Below, piece by piece: positions 52,901 through 64,000 of a DNA stretch of 64,000 nt. Position 1 is the stretch's first letter; every line of letters starts with the position of its first letter. This DNA comes from Diadema antillarum. Its lineage: Eukaryota. The DNA lies in assembly GCF_040938485.1 (NCBI RefSeq), contig NW_027270922.1, positions 1,116,001 to 1,180,000 on the forward strand, in the 5' to 3' direction. The translations under genes and the position numbers were made by a program. The notes beneath the pieces are model-generated. The model did not search any database. It saw only the letters and a list, made by a program, of their open reading frames with translations, and was not told the DNA's origin.

Positions 52901-55900
52901 TGGATGGAGCGTTGTACTCTGGACTTTGATGCATTGTTTTCTTTTTTGTTGAGCACTTTGTTTCTCATGAATACAACCAGATTTGCTTTTAGGCCTTGTA
53001 TTATAATGTACAACAAAGGCAGTTATAATTAGTAAAAGCAAATTTGACTGGAAAGACTAATTCAGAAGGAAAGAGGATGCTAGTACTACACTCTGCCCTC
53101 CTACGGTACAAGCTTGCCTAGAGCAAGTTAAGCTCATTGTTCAGCAAGTTGTGTATAATGGGTCTGAGGGACTTCTCTGTTGTAAAGCCAAGGGATTCAT
53201 GAAATGTCTTCTGCAACCAATAGCCAAAAGTTCACACAGTGGTGATATTTGCCCCAACTCTTATGTATGACCTGCCCAGTGATACATTCTTGAAAATTGC
53301 CCTAATGATTCATATAATATCCGCTTAAGACCATGTACACCATAGTCATTACCCACGTGCAATACCTGGTTTAACTGCCTGCTGTTCATCTTTTGCTAAA
53401 TATTGACATACTTGCAGTATTTACCACTTGGCATAGTGCATTTAGGGCATACATGTATATGTAGTGTACATTGTACAGTTGGACTTTTAATAGTGAAGAC
53501 ATGTGTAATGGAGCAGTCATTATATGCCATGTTCAGTCATGATGTCCACATGGTGTGCAGACACAGCTGGGATTTGAGATTCAGTCTAGATAATCACGTG
53601 ATGAGCTAGCATGTCACTCAGTGAGTCTCAGAGTGGCACATGGGTAGTCAAATGCCTACAAGAGTGACCAAGACTTTTATGGTATTACCAGCTTTCAGTG
53701 CTTCAGTTAATGCCACACAGTGCCTGCGTGTTAAAACCCTATTCATGTTGCCTCCATTTTTCTTGTTTTTTTGTTTTTCAAAATTTGCTTTTAATTGAAG
53801 ATCTGCTCTGATCAAGCTTTCTGAAAGAAAAGTAAAAGAAATTGCATACCAATCTTATTGAACTAAGGCAAGAACAGGACAATGCAAACTGTACCATTTA
53901 CAATGGTTGTAGCACTTACAGGGAAATGAATGAAAGACTGGAGAATACACAAGTTTGTGTTCCTCAGACCAGGAAATGAAACTCTTTTATAGAGGATTAA
54001 CCAATTATGCGGTATTGCCAATGATAAAGAGAATGTATACAAAGCCTATTGCGTGTGAGTGGCAATTTGGATACATGCAGTTGCAGATTGAACTGTAGAG
54101 TGGCAAGAGTCATTGAATCAGGGATAACATGTAGAACTCCTCTTTTGGTAGAAGCCCGAGTTTGTGTTCCACAGGTCAGGGCTTTACTTGCTCTCATACC
54201 ATGATTTACTGTATGTTTATGTTTCTTTGAATTGTCTCCCCTTCTTTAGTTTTTGTTTGAGACTCATGCACATTCACCTCATGATCCTTACAGCTCAGGA
54301 ATTTTCGAAAATGCATTCACATCGATCAGGTGGTGAGACATTGTCGGTTAACACTCATTGTTTGATCACTGTGTTGGCACGAATTGATTATTTTATGGCA
54401 AGAAATTTCAGTGTTTGCTGCACAGAAATCATAATTTTATTTTGGCAAGCAGAAGTAACTGTTTGCTTGAATTTTCTCTCCATTCATTGTTTATCATTGT
54501 TAATTCATGATAGGGTAGTCAACCCTCTGATGAAAGATGAATTCAAAGGAATACTACAAATGTACAATGCTGCTAGCATTTCATATCTATCAAAACCCTA
54601 TTTCACTCTTAACAAACAACCCAAAGGAAATAAAAACCCAACAAATATTTTTATTTTTTCCCAAAGACAAAGCAAGACATCACTTAGTTTCTTTAACTGT
54701 GCTGGTACAGTACCATATGGCCTCTGTTGTGAGTGTTGTACAGTTGATAACACAGCACTACACTCTGTTTGTGACACAAAAATGAAATCAAGAACTTTTC
54801 AAGACACATTTGATCAAAAGCTCCTACGAGTGCCATTGCAGCTTCTTGCAAATCTAGGCTCTTTCAGTCTCCTTAAGTTTTTTTTTTCTTCCATTTCACC
54901 TCAACTGTCAGAGTTCAAAGTAGGATATTCTGCTGTACATTGTAAAACTTGTTCTCTATTTTGGCAGTGTGTACCCATTGGCAACAGTCTACCTGTTTTG
55001 GGTATCCATAGATCTCTCAATTGGATGATGTTGTGAAAAATCCTGTATAATTTGACCACTGTTAAAGTGAAACTTTATGGGTGAGTTATTTTTTTTCACT
55101 CGGCCAAGATAAATCTTGTGTGCTTTTGATTCCACAGATTCAAAATATGATGTACCCCAGTATTGCATGAAATAAACAAGCAAAAAGAATTGTATGCTTA
55201 TACTTTCGTGCAAGTTTCATGTCGCGCAAAATGCGCAAAAAATTTCCACACTGTGAAAATGTCCCCCATTGCAGTACCTCTTCAAAGAGGTCCTCTTTGG
55301 AAATTAATGATGTAGACCGGCTTGACAGCCAGTGTTTTTTAAAAGGAGATACTCCAAACTACATCGTGCATGAAGCGGCATTTACAGTCATTGTGCAAGC
55401 TCTGCTCATTCTTGTTTGGGATGGTCATGACTCGTCGAGCCCGAGAGGGATCCCGTTATGGCCCTGGCGAGGGGGACGGTGGCCAGTGGGGCAGCCCAGT
55501 AGACCAGGAAATGCTCTAGAAGGGTGTGGCTCTGGCAGTTAAGGGTGAGGGCAGAAGCTAGCGCCGGATTGAACATCATACCTGTCCACTCCAGACCTGG
55601 TTGAGGAAGAGGAAAAATACAAGTTGCCGTCGCTCAATACACGATCTATTAAAGTTTTTTGGTAGTAGAGAAAATCAATGCAGGGTAATAGAGGGGTATC
55701 ATTTTTCACTGGACTTTTCCATTTCTTGTTGCTTTGTATTTGTCTTACAGAGCATTATGGCACCTTTAAATGTTTCTACAGATAAATGGCGCTATATAAA
55801 TGCTGTTTCCTCGTCATTGTCATTTGCTAATGATATTAAAGATTGAAAATGAAAACACTCACCATGCATTGTTAGTGTACAGGCTATGGGAATAATGGAG

Positions 55901-58158
55901 CTGTGGATTTCAGGAAGAAGGTGCTTTTGTCTTGATACTTGTAGCAACACAAGAGCTGCCAGAACCATAAACAAGTGGTGCAGAGTTCTCTAACGCTCAT
56001 CTGTACTGTCTCATTTGTTATTCCTTTGTTGCAATTTTCCCATGTACAGCTGTACAATGTAATATTCATTTCAATGAAGAATTTTTTAAACTTTCCCCTT
56101 CCACTCTTGTTTTTTTTTTCTTTTCTTTTGGCAATGAGAATTTTTTTTTAGCAAAATTTGCTCAGACCAAATTTTAGTCATTGAAAATTTTAAAACATCC
56201 CTCCTCAAAAAAAAACCAAAACAACCACACACACTGTCATGCCTCCAAAAGTCAATACGACATGATAGCCATTTTACATGTTAGAGTTTAGGTGTCTTCA
56301 AAAAGTTTTTTTTTTTTTTGAAGATTAATCTTATTGATCATTTGTGTATGGGGATTTTTAGTGTAAATAAATCAACCAGCAGGAGTATACATAGGTCGTT
56401 AAATACCTGTAAAGTACGTTTTGTGGACAAAGCTATTGGCATTCTGGGCCTTTCAGTCTATCCGCTGGAAGATATCTTAGCGGTAAACAGACTCACCTGT
56501 AATGATAATGAAGACCTGGACTCCGGCATCAGTGATCATCCTGCTGTAGTGGCCCTTGGGCTGGAAGTTGAGCGAGAGGAAGTAGGTAAAGGTTGCCAGG
56601 GCCTCCGCCATGCAGCCCTGCAGCAGCGAGACGTTGAGTGCCGAGGTGCAGTAGACCTTCAGCAGGTGCGACACCTTGAGGCGGTGTCGGTTGGTGGGCA
56701 CCACCTTCCACATGAGGCGCACGTAGGGGAAGGCAAGCTGCCCACCCACCACCTGCAGGCAGATCTTGGAGAGGGCCACCAGTGGCCCACAGTCGCGGCA
56801 CAGCATGGACTGCCATATCATGCAGGTGTTGGCGGTGGAGTCACCGTCGAAGGTCAGGCTCTGGGAGACGAAGAGCATCCAGAGGTAGAGGCCGTACCAG
56901 TAGAGTCCATACTCCTCCAGGATGATGTCGCTCTCCATGACGCCGGCCACCAGCTGGAACGTCGAGATGAACTCGGCGGCGTACCCATACCAGATGGGGT
57001 CATCGCGCAGCAGGCGCCTGGTCAACGACCTCACAAAGCCACAGCCGGCTGTTGTGATAAAGACCAGGATGAATGTGGCCAGGGCGGCGGGATACTCCTG
57101 TGTCATCTTTTAGATCTGAAGATTCCTTGCTCTTTAGAAATTGTTATCAGCAATTGTTCGCTGCTCTCATTTGGTAGTGGCTAAGGCCAAGTCTTCAGTC
57201 ATACAAATGCGTGCAGTTTCACAAACACTTGTGAATCAGCTGCACTGTATGGTATACGCTTCAGTAATTTACAGACTTGAAAATTCAAGAAAGTTGCCCT
57301 TTTCTGTGCTGCTGAAGTTAAGTTCTTTTCTGCTCCAAGTTTATTACCAGCTGTGGAAAAAATAATGTCATTGCTGTTATCTCTTTTCATTGGCTTCTGC
57401 CTGCCTTATCGGTGTGACTTCCTGCAAAGAGAAAGATAAAGACCATGATGACCATCAAATGTACATTATACTGAGCAGACACATTAATCAATGTCATGAA
57501 AACAAAACTGTCATATCTTTCATGTAGATGCTTCAGTTGGAAAAAATGATGGAAGTTGACCAAAGTCTATGCCCTATCTCCTTTCCCTGATATATTCTCC
57601 TCCTATAAACACATTGACTTCCTGCAGAAAGGGATAAGTTGAGATCATACTAGATTTCACCACAAAGATAAATCTTGGGCCACCAATACCATGTCCTTTG
57701 ATGCCCTTAACATTCCTACTGTATTCAAACATAATGGCCATTAGAAAAAAAAAGGCGCTGCCCTTTGTACTTGCTTCATTCAAGCCATCAGATTTTTGTG
57801 TGAAATCCCCCCCCCCCCAAAAAAAAAAAAAATAAATAAATAAATAAATTTAAAAAAATGAACTGGTGCACAACAGCTTGCATGGCAACATTAAATCAGC
57901 TTCTGTGTTGTCATGTGCAGTTAGTAGCTGTCAGAATGGCTGTGATCCATTCATTTAAAATGAATTTTTGACACAAAACTTCCTCGTGTTTGATGACTGG
58001 AAAAAATAGAACAAACTTTGATTATTTGCTACTACATGTACTTCTGTTTAATATGTTTGGGGAAAAAAGAGGAAGAGGAAAACCTTTGTCCCGATAGTTT
58101 CTTTGAAAGGGATGAAATGAACCAAGCAGGGGAGATTATCTTCTCCCCCCCCCCCCCT

Positions 58159-58190
<32 letters not shown>

Positions 58191-61100
58191 TGCATGCTTT
58201 CACCCTTTGTGTATCACTGTCTCAAAATTTATGGCCATGGTATATGATAGTCTTGCCTTTTGTGGTCATGGACTTTAAGGGAAATGAAACACAAATATAC
58301 GATGTGGATTGAGTGAATGCAGCATTATTAGAGCACATCAGCAAAATTTGAGAGAAATTCGGCACTCTGTTAAAAAGTTATGCATCTTTCTAAAGTTTTG
58401 GTGTAGCCATCACTGCATGAGAAGATCGATACAGTTTGTGATGTCATGTATGTGCGACAATATTTGAAAGGAAATATGAAGAAAATTCCGGAAAAATTTG
58501 ATTTTTATGAAAAGTATGTGCATTCTCTCAAACTTTTAGTGACAAATATGTTAAGGGTAAAATGATTCCCCTTGCTTTCTGAAAGAGGTAAATCAGGTGC
58601 TCTTTCATTATGCTAGAAAAGTGAAAATACTGTATCTAGATTGAATTTTCTTTATATTTTCTTTGTATCATTTTCCATATATGATGTCACAAAGTTTTAC
58701 AGACTTCTCATCCAGCAATGGCCTTGCCGAAACTTTAAAAATTCATACTTTTTATTAAACAGATTGTCTGATTTGCCTCAAACTTCGCTGATGTGTTCAA
58801 ATATTATAATTGCATTCCCTCAATTCATATGTGTATTTGGGTTTCATTCTTCAAGTCTGTATAGCTGGAAGGCAAACAAGTCAACACCAATATAATACAT
58901 ACAATAATTCTGTCGCACAGGCAACTAGCCCTGTAGCATATCAAGTTGCTAAATTGCGAAAACTGATTGCTTTATGAGTGACTGATATGATAACAGAGCT
59001 ACCAAGTCTCACGCATTCTGCTTGAGACTCAAGCATTTAGGGGTCATCTCACGATCTCACGCAAGACACCCATTTTTCTCACGCATCGGGCCAAGTCTGC
59101 AACTTGGGCCGATAATAATGAGCATAGCTCAAAAGATAAAAGTGATAGTTGCAAATGAAGGTATATTTCCCTTTTGTCTTTCAAAATAAGTAAAAAATAG
59201 TCACTTAAGTATGCACCTGATTCCACCATTAAGAGCTAAAAAGTGAAAAAGCTCCCTACCGTGGGAGGCCACAGGGGAAACCCCCCCCCCCCCCCCCACA
59301 CACCCTCGCTCGCATGCACATTCGCATGCCGAGATGCCGAGTCATGAAAATCTCACTCATAAAACTTTTTTGAACTTGGCATCCCTGTGATAAATTATAG
59401 TTTCATAGGCGTTGTGAAAGACACAAACCAGGCAAATATGATCCGGTGTTTAATGTGAAAGTGGGAGTTATATTATACTCACCAAGCCATTCAGGCTGTG
59501 ACATACCTTCCCAGTGCGAAGAGTTTATTCAGCTTTGTTGTTGTCGTAGCCTCTGTGTAGAATTACTATATTTTCAGTGTGCGGTTTGTAGAGCTGGATA
59601 TATTTACAAATATTATATGCTCCTTCATGAAGTGAGACTCAAGTCTATCTAGAGTGCCAGATAGTCCATGGTCCATGAAGATTGGAGATTGTTTTTATTG
59701 AGTAGTTTACAATGTATGAACTTCTGTCCCTATCGCCGTCTCTGCGACTTGCACACCAGTGCTGGATCCCGCAGTAAAACAAGCCTGGAGTCTGTTGAGT
59801 AGGTTACTTCTGTGGAGACTTGTGTGCGTGCGTGAGACTGGGCCCTGTTCTAGGCAGACATCTGTGGCATCCAAACTATGTACCAGCTCTTTTGTCACAG
59901 AGCGGTCTAGACAGTTAGTTGCTCCTCTGCTCAAGAAATCTTGTGGTCATGCCTCACTGCACATTATTGATTTATGTATGTCGAACAATCCAATCTATTC
60001 TGTTGAGGCAATTAATAGTCTCCTTTAATCAAAGAAACTAGAATGAAATGAAAAGTAAGACTAAACCCTTGACTACAAGCATTGGCTGTTTGTCCATGAG
60101 GTGACACTGTAGGTTAAAGAGGCCCCCACGAAAGACATGCTCATCCAAAGTCTGATCTCTTCCTCTTATCACGTGTAGTCACTCATTAACTCTTTGAAAT
60201 CAAACAAATCATGCAGCAAATGTGCGCTGACCTGGCTGCTCCGTTGCGTTCACCTCCACCACGGATCAGTGGGTGTGTGTTGGCCTTTAAGGGGCTTTAC
60301 TCAGGCATTTAACGATTCTTCAAAGGCAAGTGTTGAGTAGGTGGGGAGATATTTTTGAGTCTTGATATCTGTCAATAGCACTTGTGCGTCAATACACAGC
60401 TGGATCAAATTGCAAGCTGAAAGCAAAGCGAAAGAGACATTTTTCTGCACAGAATCATTCTTAGACACACTGAAAAAAATATTCCACGTCATTGTGCATC
60501 CATACTGGCAAAACAAGTTTGCTCCGGCTTGACAGAATTTGTATGACAGCGTTGTGGCTTCAGTGAATGAAAGGCGGATCCGGGAATACATACATTTTAT
60601 CATAAATGCGAGGATAATATCATTGCAAAATACACTTGAAATTCTCACTACATTTTTAATGCTTCTTTTGTAGTGTAACAACATGACAATAACAGTAAAT
60701 AACAGATAGAATTTACCTTTGATATGATTCTTCGTAGCGGGGAAAGCACAGTAGAGATTCCAGATGCTCAAAAGAAAGAAGCTGAAAAAAAAAGAGAAAA
60801 AGAAAAGGTTCTCTTGATGAACACAGTATATTTCATGTGTAATGAAAGCCAGAAAGTCCATTTATGTGTGTCTCTGTCTGTGACGTCAATGAACTCATAA
60901 ATTGAAATTTAAAATGAAATCACTGTATGGCCATTTGACCTTTACAATGCCATTGCTGCGGCTGCTTTTGGTAGCTAGCATTTATTTGTCTTTGAGGGTT
61001 TACCTGGGAAAGATGATTGTTAAGCTCGTATTTTAATTTCTGAGTAAATGGCCATAGAGAGTTTTTCCCCAGGTAGCCAGATTAGCTTCAATATCATTTT

Positions 61101-62743
61101 GCAGTAGGGCTCTACACCTGTGCACATTATCCAAGCATGCGACTCCAGTTTGTTTTGGAGGGACTAATGTAATGTATTAGACCCTTGCAGACTAAATGGA
61201 ATATCAGAAAATATTGGCCCTATACTCCCACTGCTACCCCCCCCCCCCCCCCCCCCGATAAAGAAAAAAAAATGATAATGCATCCACAGTTCATTTCATC
61301 ACTGGGTTATTGCTTCTTCTTCTTCTTCTTCTTTTTTTCTTGTTCATTTTATGAAGTCACAGTAGATGTTTTTCAAAGGGATCAATACAAACAACTTTCA
61401 TTCTGAACTAAATGTTGTATGTGTGGGACCAGAGCAACAGATACAAAAAGAAGGGGGAAAAGTGATGGCATTGTAAGCTTTGTGGTATACAAATCAGGTA
61501 TTTACAGAATGTGCATGATGTCAGTTTGCATTGTTATTTGCTAACTTGGTTGTGCAGATATCGCTTAAATTCTGATCTTCTTGTTGTCATAAATATGCAA
61601 ATGAATATTTTGAGCCCAACAATATATTTCAATATGATGGATCAGTATGCAAAAAGCAAAGATAGAATGGTATGCAATTATACAGTTTAAAGTATATGAA
61701 TGTGTATGTACAGTGATGATACAGAAACCAATAAATCAAATCAAATCAAATCAAATCAAAGTCAACAGAAATTTTTGTGTGTGTGTTTTTTTTTTTGGCA
61801 TTGAAAGTTTTTCCTATAGATTGAAATCCATGCAGTAGGTTTTCAATAAAGTTACTATCCATATATCAAAAGCCATATATATTTGATTAATGGAATTAGG
61901 CATATGTTCATTGTTTTCATTAATATTATATTATTTGATACCATGAATATGGAGTATGAAAAAAAAAGAAAAAATCCAATTCAATAGTGGGTCATTTCAT
62001 GGTACACCATGTTTTCTTTCTTGGATATGAGTGTGGTCCTCAAAAGGACCTACCGTGTACAAGTACTAGATTTGGGTAAGCATGTTCTTACTGGAGAAAG
62101 GAGAATCAGTTAAAAGGAGAGTCATTCTCAGGGAGGACAGTAAAAACATGCTTTATACTAAAATGTCAAGATTGATTAGGTGCTTTTCAGGACCACACTC
62201 ATACAAGAAAGATATGGCAAACCTTGTAAAAATCAACCACCGCTTAACATTCTACTACCATTCTGCACTTACAGTAGATGCACTTTGACATTTTGGGAAA
62301 ACCCCACATCACAATCATGCGCAGGTCAAACCGTGGTGAAATTGAGAAATAAAGAGAGAAATAATTGCCCATGGAAAAATAGCAGCTGCCATGATATTGT
62401 TTGCACATGAATAGTATCTCTCATCACGTGATATAATGTTGTGCAGAAGACTGGTCAAAATTTGCTTCAAGCATCAATTATACTTGTTGCTCTTATCCAG
62501 TTGTGGTGTACATGTTTTATGTTTGTCGATTACAGCTCTTTGAGGAGCGCCCTCTGTGGTCCAAGAATGCCATCCAGGGCACCATCTCCGTGGCGCCCGC
62601 GTTAGTCAAGAGCATCCTGTGTGCGATAGCGTATTACTTCCAGTCGGGACCCTGGAGGGGTCTCTGGTGTCGCTTCGGCTACGACCCACGACTTCACCCA
62701 GAGGCCAAGATGTACCAGCTGTTAGACTTCCGGATACGCAAAG
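40756..62743 (+). CDS. GTF3C5: general transcription factor IIIC subunit 5 (tau95/Sfc1 family), partial CDS join(40756-40929,43022-43259,44060-44445,62536-62743), continues beyond window
   Basis: Family motifs AVDYPGIVEN..RMLDTLGG, LRYQADNPYCK, LLMRVKRR, DFQYLP, P..FSRFD.P, LFEERPLWSK, AYYFQSGPWRGLWCRFGYDPR..MYQLLDFR; phases 0,1,0 consistent. Confidence 0.93.
41346..42120. mobile_element. Harbinger-like MITE carrying a nested element (41397-42033)
   Basis: GGAGGCATTTCATGAAGCATTTTGTC / GACAAAATGCTTCATGATATGCCCC; flanks CAG/AAG. Confidence 0.6.
41397..42033. mobile_element. TIR element with internal ~56-bp tandem repeats
   Basis: ~37-bp TIR (..ACTGTCGGCTAGCGCCAGCC..GTGTTGCCAT); 4-5 internal repeats ending GACAGCCGTGTTGCCATCT at ~41685-41941. 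Confidence 0.65.
42270..42346. mobile_element. ~77-bp MITE with TA flanks
   Basis: TA|GTTATGGGTAAACTTGGCC...GGCCGAGTTTACCCATAAC|TA. Confidence 0.6.
43022..43259 (+). CDS. GTF3C5: GTF3C5 exon 2
   Basis: long pyrimidine tract + TAG acceptor, donor GTAAGT 43260. Confidence 0.92.
44060..44445 (+). CDS. GTF3C5: GTF3C5 exon 3
   Basis: cacAG acceptor, donor GTATTT 44446; HLCDFQYLP...EQLKK. Confidence 0.92.
45566..45954 (+). repeat. ~195-bp tandem duplication inside Sola2-like element 2
   Basis: Units 45566-45760 and 45761-45954, both starting TTTGTCCCCCATTCATTTAG. Confidence 0.9.
46105..46230 (+). mobile_element. degenerate SINE of the same family
   Basis: GATTCGAGTC B-box remnant followed by CAGTATGTATCTACCCATGA...TGGCTATTATTGAAAC, similar to the copy 1/2 body. 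Confidence 0.45.
48294..48731 (-). mobile_element. HINE family B
   Basis: 5' CCTCCACCAAG..GGAGG, GTTT repeats, 3' TTGGTGGAGG + degenerate hairpin + CCAGTT; body similar to 62827-63316. Confidence 0.65.
48806..48865. repeat. (GTT)n microsatellite
   Basis: direct reading. Confidence 0.85.
50875..51040 (+). mobile_element. tRNA-derived SINE, copy 1
   Basis: A-box-like TGGTCTACTG, B box GGTTCGAATCC 50925-50935, non-tRNA body shared with copy 2. Confidence 0.7.
51153..51320 (+). mobile_element. tRNA-derived SINE, copy 2
   Basis: A box GGTGGTCTAGTGG, decayed B box, same body (AGTATGTACGCCCATGA...ACACTGATCAATTCAGTG). Confidence 0.7.
52592..52763. mobile_element. PIF/Harbinger-like MITE
   Basis: TIR GGGGGTGTTTCATCAA; 3-bp TSD CAG (52589-52591, 52764-52766). 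Confidence 0.75.
55406..55596 (-). CDS. AQP11/12-like coding exon 2
   Basis: ccAG acceptor; GLEWTGMMFNPALA...HPKQE, TGA 55408-55406; missed by the ORF track. Confidence 0.9.
55406..57106 (-). CDS. unorthodox aquaporin (superaquaporin, AQP11/AQP12 family), complement(join(55406-55596,56497-57106)), 266 aa; nested in GTF3C5 intron 3
   Basis: Hydrophobic helices, helix-1 AEFISTFQL, first motif ANTC, second motif TGMMFNPALASALTLNC with the superaquaporin Cys nine residues after NPA, then VYWAAP. Phase-1 GTGAGT/ccAG intron. Cannot choose between AQP11 and AQP12. Confidence 0.92.
56497..57106 (-). CDS. AQP11/12-like coding exon 1
   Basis: GC3-rich ORF MTQEYP...FIIIT; donor GTGAGT at 56496. Confidence 0.92.
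58275..58854. mobile_element. Kolobok-like MITE subfamily with different TIR
   Basis: TTAAGGGAAATGAAACACAAATA...TATTTGGGTTTCATTCTTCAA; same internal body as the AGGACAAG family. Confidence 0.7.
58994..59387. mobile_element. hAT-like MITE (CAG termini, 6-bp TSD TGATAA)
   Basis: CAGAGCTACCAAGT...ACTTGGCATCCCTG; TGATAA at 58988-58993 and 59388-59393. Confidence 0.7.
61730..61760 (+). repeat. AATAAA + (TCAAA)5, probable orphan retroposon 3' tail
   Basis: Same architecture as the LINE tail at 33141-33168. Confidence 0.5.
62536..62743 (+). CDS. GTF3C5: GTF3C5 exon 4
   Basis: tacAG acceptor, donor GTTGGT 62744; LFEERPLWSK...DFRIRK. Confidence 0.94.
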
Positions 62744-62826
62744 GTTGGTGTTGGTGTCGGTGTGTGTCTGTGTTTGTGTTTGTGTCTGTGCATGTGTGTG
62801 TTTGTTTTGTATACACAGTATGTTCA

Positions 62827-63316
62827 TTTCCTCCCCCAATATTTTCCTTACTGGTGGTTTGTTTGTTTGTGTGTTTGTCCATGTGCAAAATAGCTCAAAA
62901 AGTAGTGAATGGATTTGGATGAAACTTTACAGGAATGGTTGAGAATGACACAAGGAACATGTGATTAAATTTTGGTAGTGATCCGAGAATTTTTGGGGAA
63001 TTTATGAAGGAATTTCTATATTTTGGCATGTGGGGTCAATGAACTTGGGAGTTCAAGCTGCACATTTTTTAGGTTTGAATCTATATTGCGCACTAAAGTG
63101 TGTGCTCTAGTTGCTGCTAGGGTGAGGCGCGTCAGGCAGCTGGAGGTTGATGACGCAACAAAAGGCTTCTGTATTGGGGAATTGGGCGATTTTCGCGCGA
63201 TTTTCAGCATGCATATACGTATGGGTGGAAATCACTGATCTCTATGGAAGAACAAGATCAGTGGTGGAAATGAACTGCTTGCTGGAGGTCTGTGCTCTCA
63301 GAGTGCCTCTCTAGTT
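62827..63316 (+). mobile_element. HINE family B
   Basis: (GTTT)n, body shared with 48294-48731, 3' TTGCTGGAGG, hairpin GTGCTC-TCA-GAGTGC, end CTAGTT. Confidence 0.65.
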
Positions 63317-64000
63317 TTAGCGTGTGAGAGTGTCCTTGTCTGTCACAGCTAGGCTGGTGCAATATCCATTCCTTCCACTCCTCCTTTCTCTTTATTTTGT
63401 ATTTGAGATTGAAGCAGATAAAACTGAGCAGCATCAATAGCACTCTATATGAGGCCTTTCCACTAGTGGGAGATAAGTGCAGTGTACAGTATATACCAAA
63501 AGAAACTTTGCGTTAAATTTACGTGTAACGCAAGCGCCGATCGGTACTGCGTTAATCTTTCTGCGTTACAAAATTAACGATCACCGTGCGTGAATGATCG
63601 TTACAGATCGTTACTGTGCGTGAATGATCGTTACTGTGCGTTAATTTTTAGATCTTGCGTTAGCGGACTTGTCATGTGGACTGGGAAGAAATCTCGGAAA
63701 TTGCGAGACTCGGAGATGCCTGTCGTTCTTTGTATTTACTACGGACAATTTCCTGCCGGCGGAGGGCATTAAAATAGCGATACAAATACCGAAAAGATTT
63801 TGTAGTTGAGCAGAACTCCCCCTGGCAATGTCGTATTGTCATGGTCGTCAAATTTGTACTCATGGGCGCAGTCAATGGAATCGGGCAAGCAAAAATTTCG
63901 AAGCCACCTTTTTCCCCTGAGCCAACATTTTCCATCGAACATTGAACCCATGAAATCACGCATACGCAAGCCTAAAACTAATGCCGACTGTCTAACGTTA

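Noticed and set aside
54164-55036. 290-aa + strand ORF
   Set aside because: Starts at an alternative codon, has AT-rich intron/UTR-like composition, no recognisable motif or splice context.
56318-57184. 288-aa + strand ORF
   Set aside because: Antisense shadow of the GC3-rich aquaporin exon; no family motif.
59700-60300. Non-coding first exon(s) of the aquaporin on the minus strand
   Set aside because: GC-richer with donor-like sites (~59806, ~60232), but nothing discriminates between them without transcript data.

Overview
Eukaryotic (metazoan) genomic DNA, AT-rich and repeat-dense. Protein sequences and transposon repertoire suggest an invertebrate deuterostome, probably an echinoderm (inference). 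Five spliced genes were reconstructed by hand with GT-AG junctions and consistent phases: RPS5 (+, 213 aa, with an upstream TCT/5'TOP non-coding exon), PFDN6 (-, 127 aa), GORAB (+, 446 aa), GTF3C5 (+, first four exons, runs off the window), and an AQP11/12-type superaquaporin (-, 266 aa). The aquaporin is nested antisense in the 18-kb intron 3 of GTF3C5 and has NTC instead of NPA in its first motif. Most ORFs in the supplied track are spurious. Non-coding DNA holds many TEs whose ends and TSDs can be read directly: Kolobok/T2-like TTAA MITEs, Helentron-type HINEs, Sola2-like elements with family-specific repeated motifs, CAG-ended elements with 6-bp TSDs, a mariner deletion derivative, piggyBac/Harbinger/TA MITEs, tRNA-derived SINEs and a nearly intact CR1/L2-group ORF2. 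The most striking structure is a three-tier nest whose middle member has CAC termini and a 5-bp TSD (Transib/RAG-like signature). There are two N gaps. No CRISPR, rRNA or true tRNA genes were found. I see no clearly new biological system; the best leads are the nested superaquaporin and the Transib-like and Sola2-like elements.
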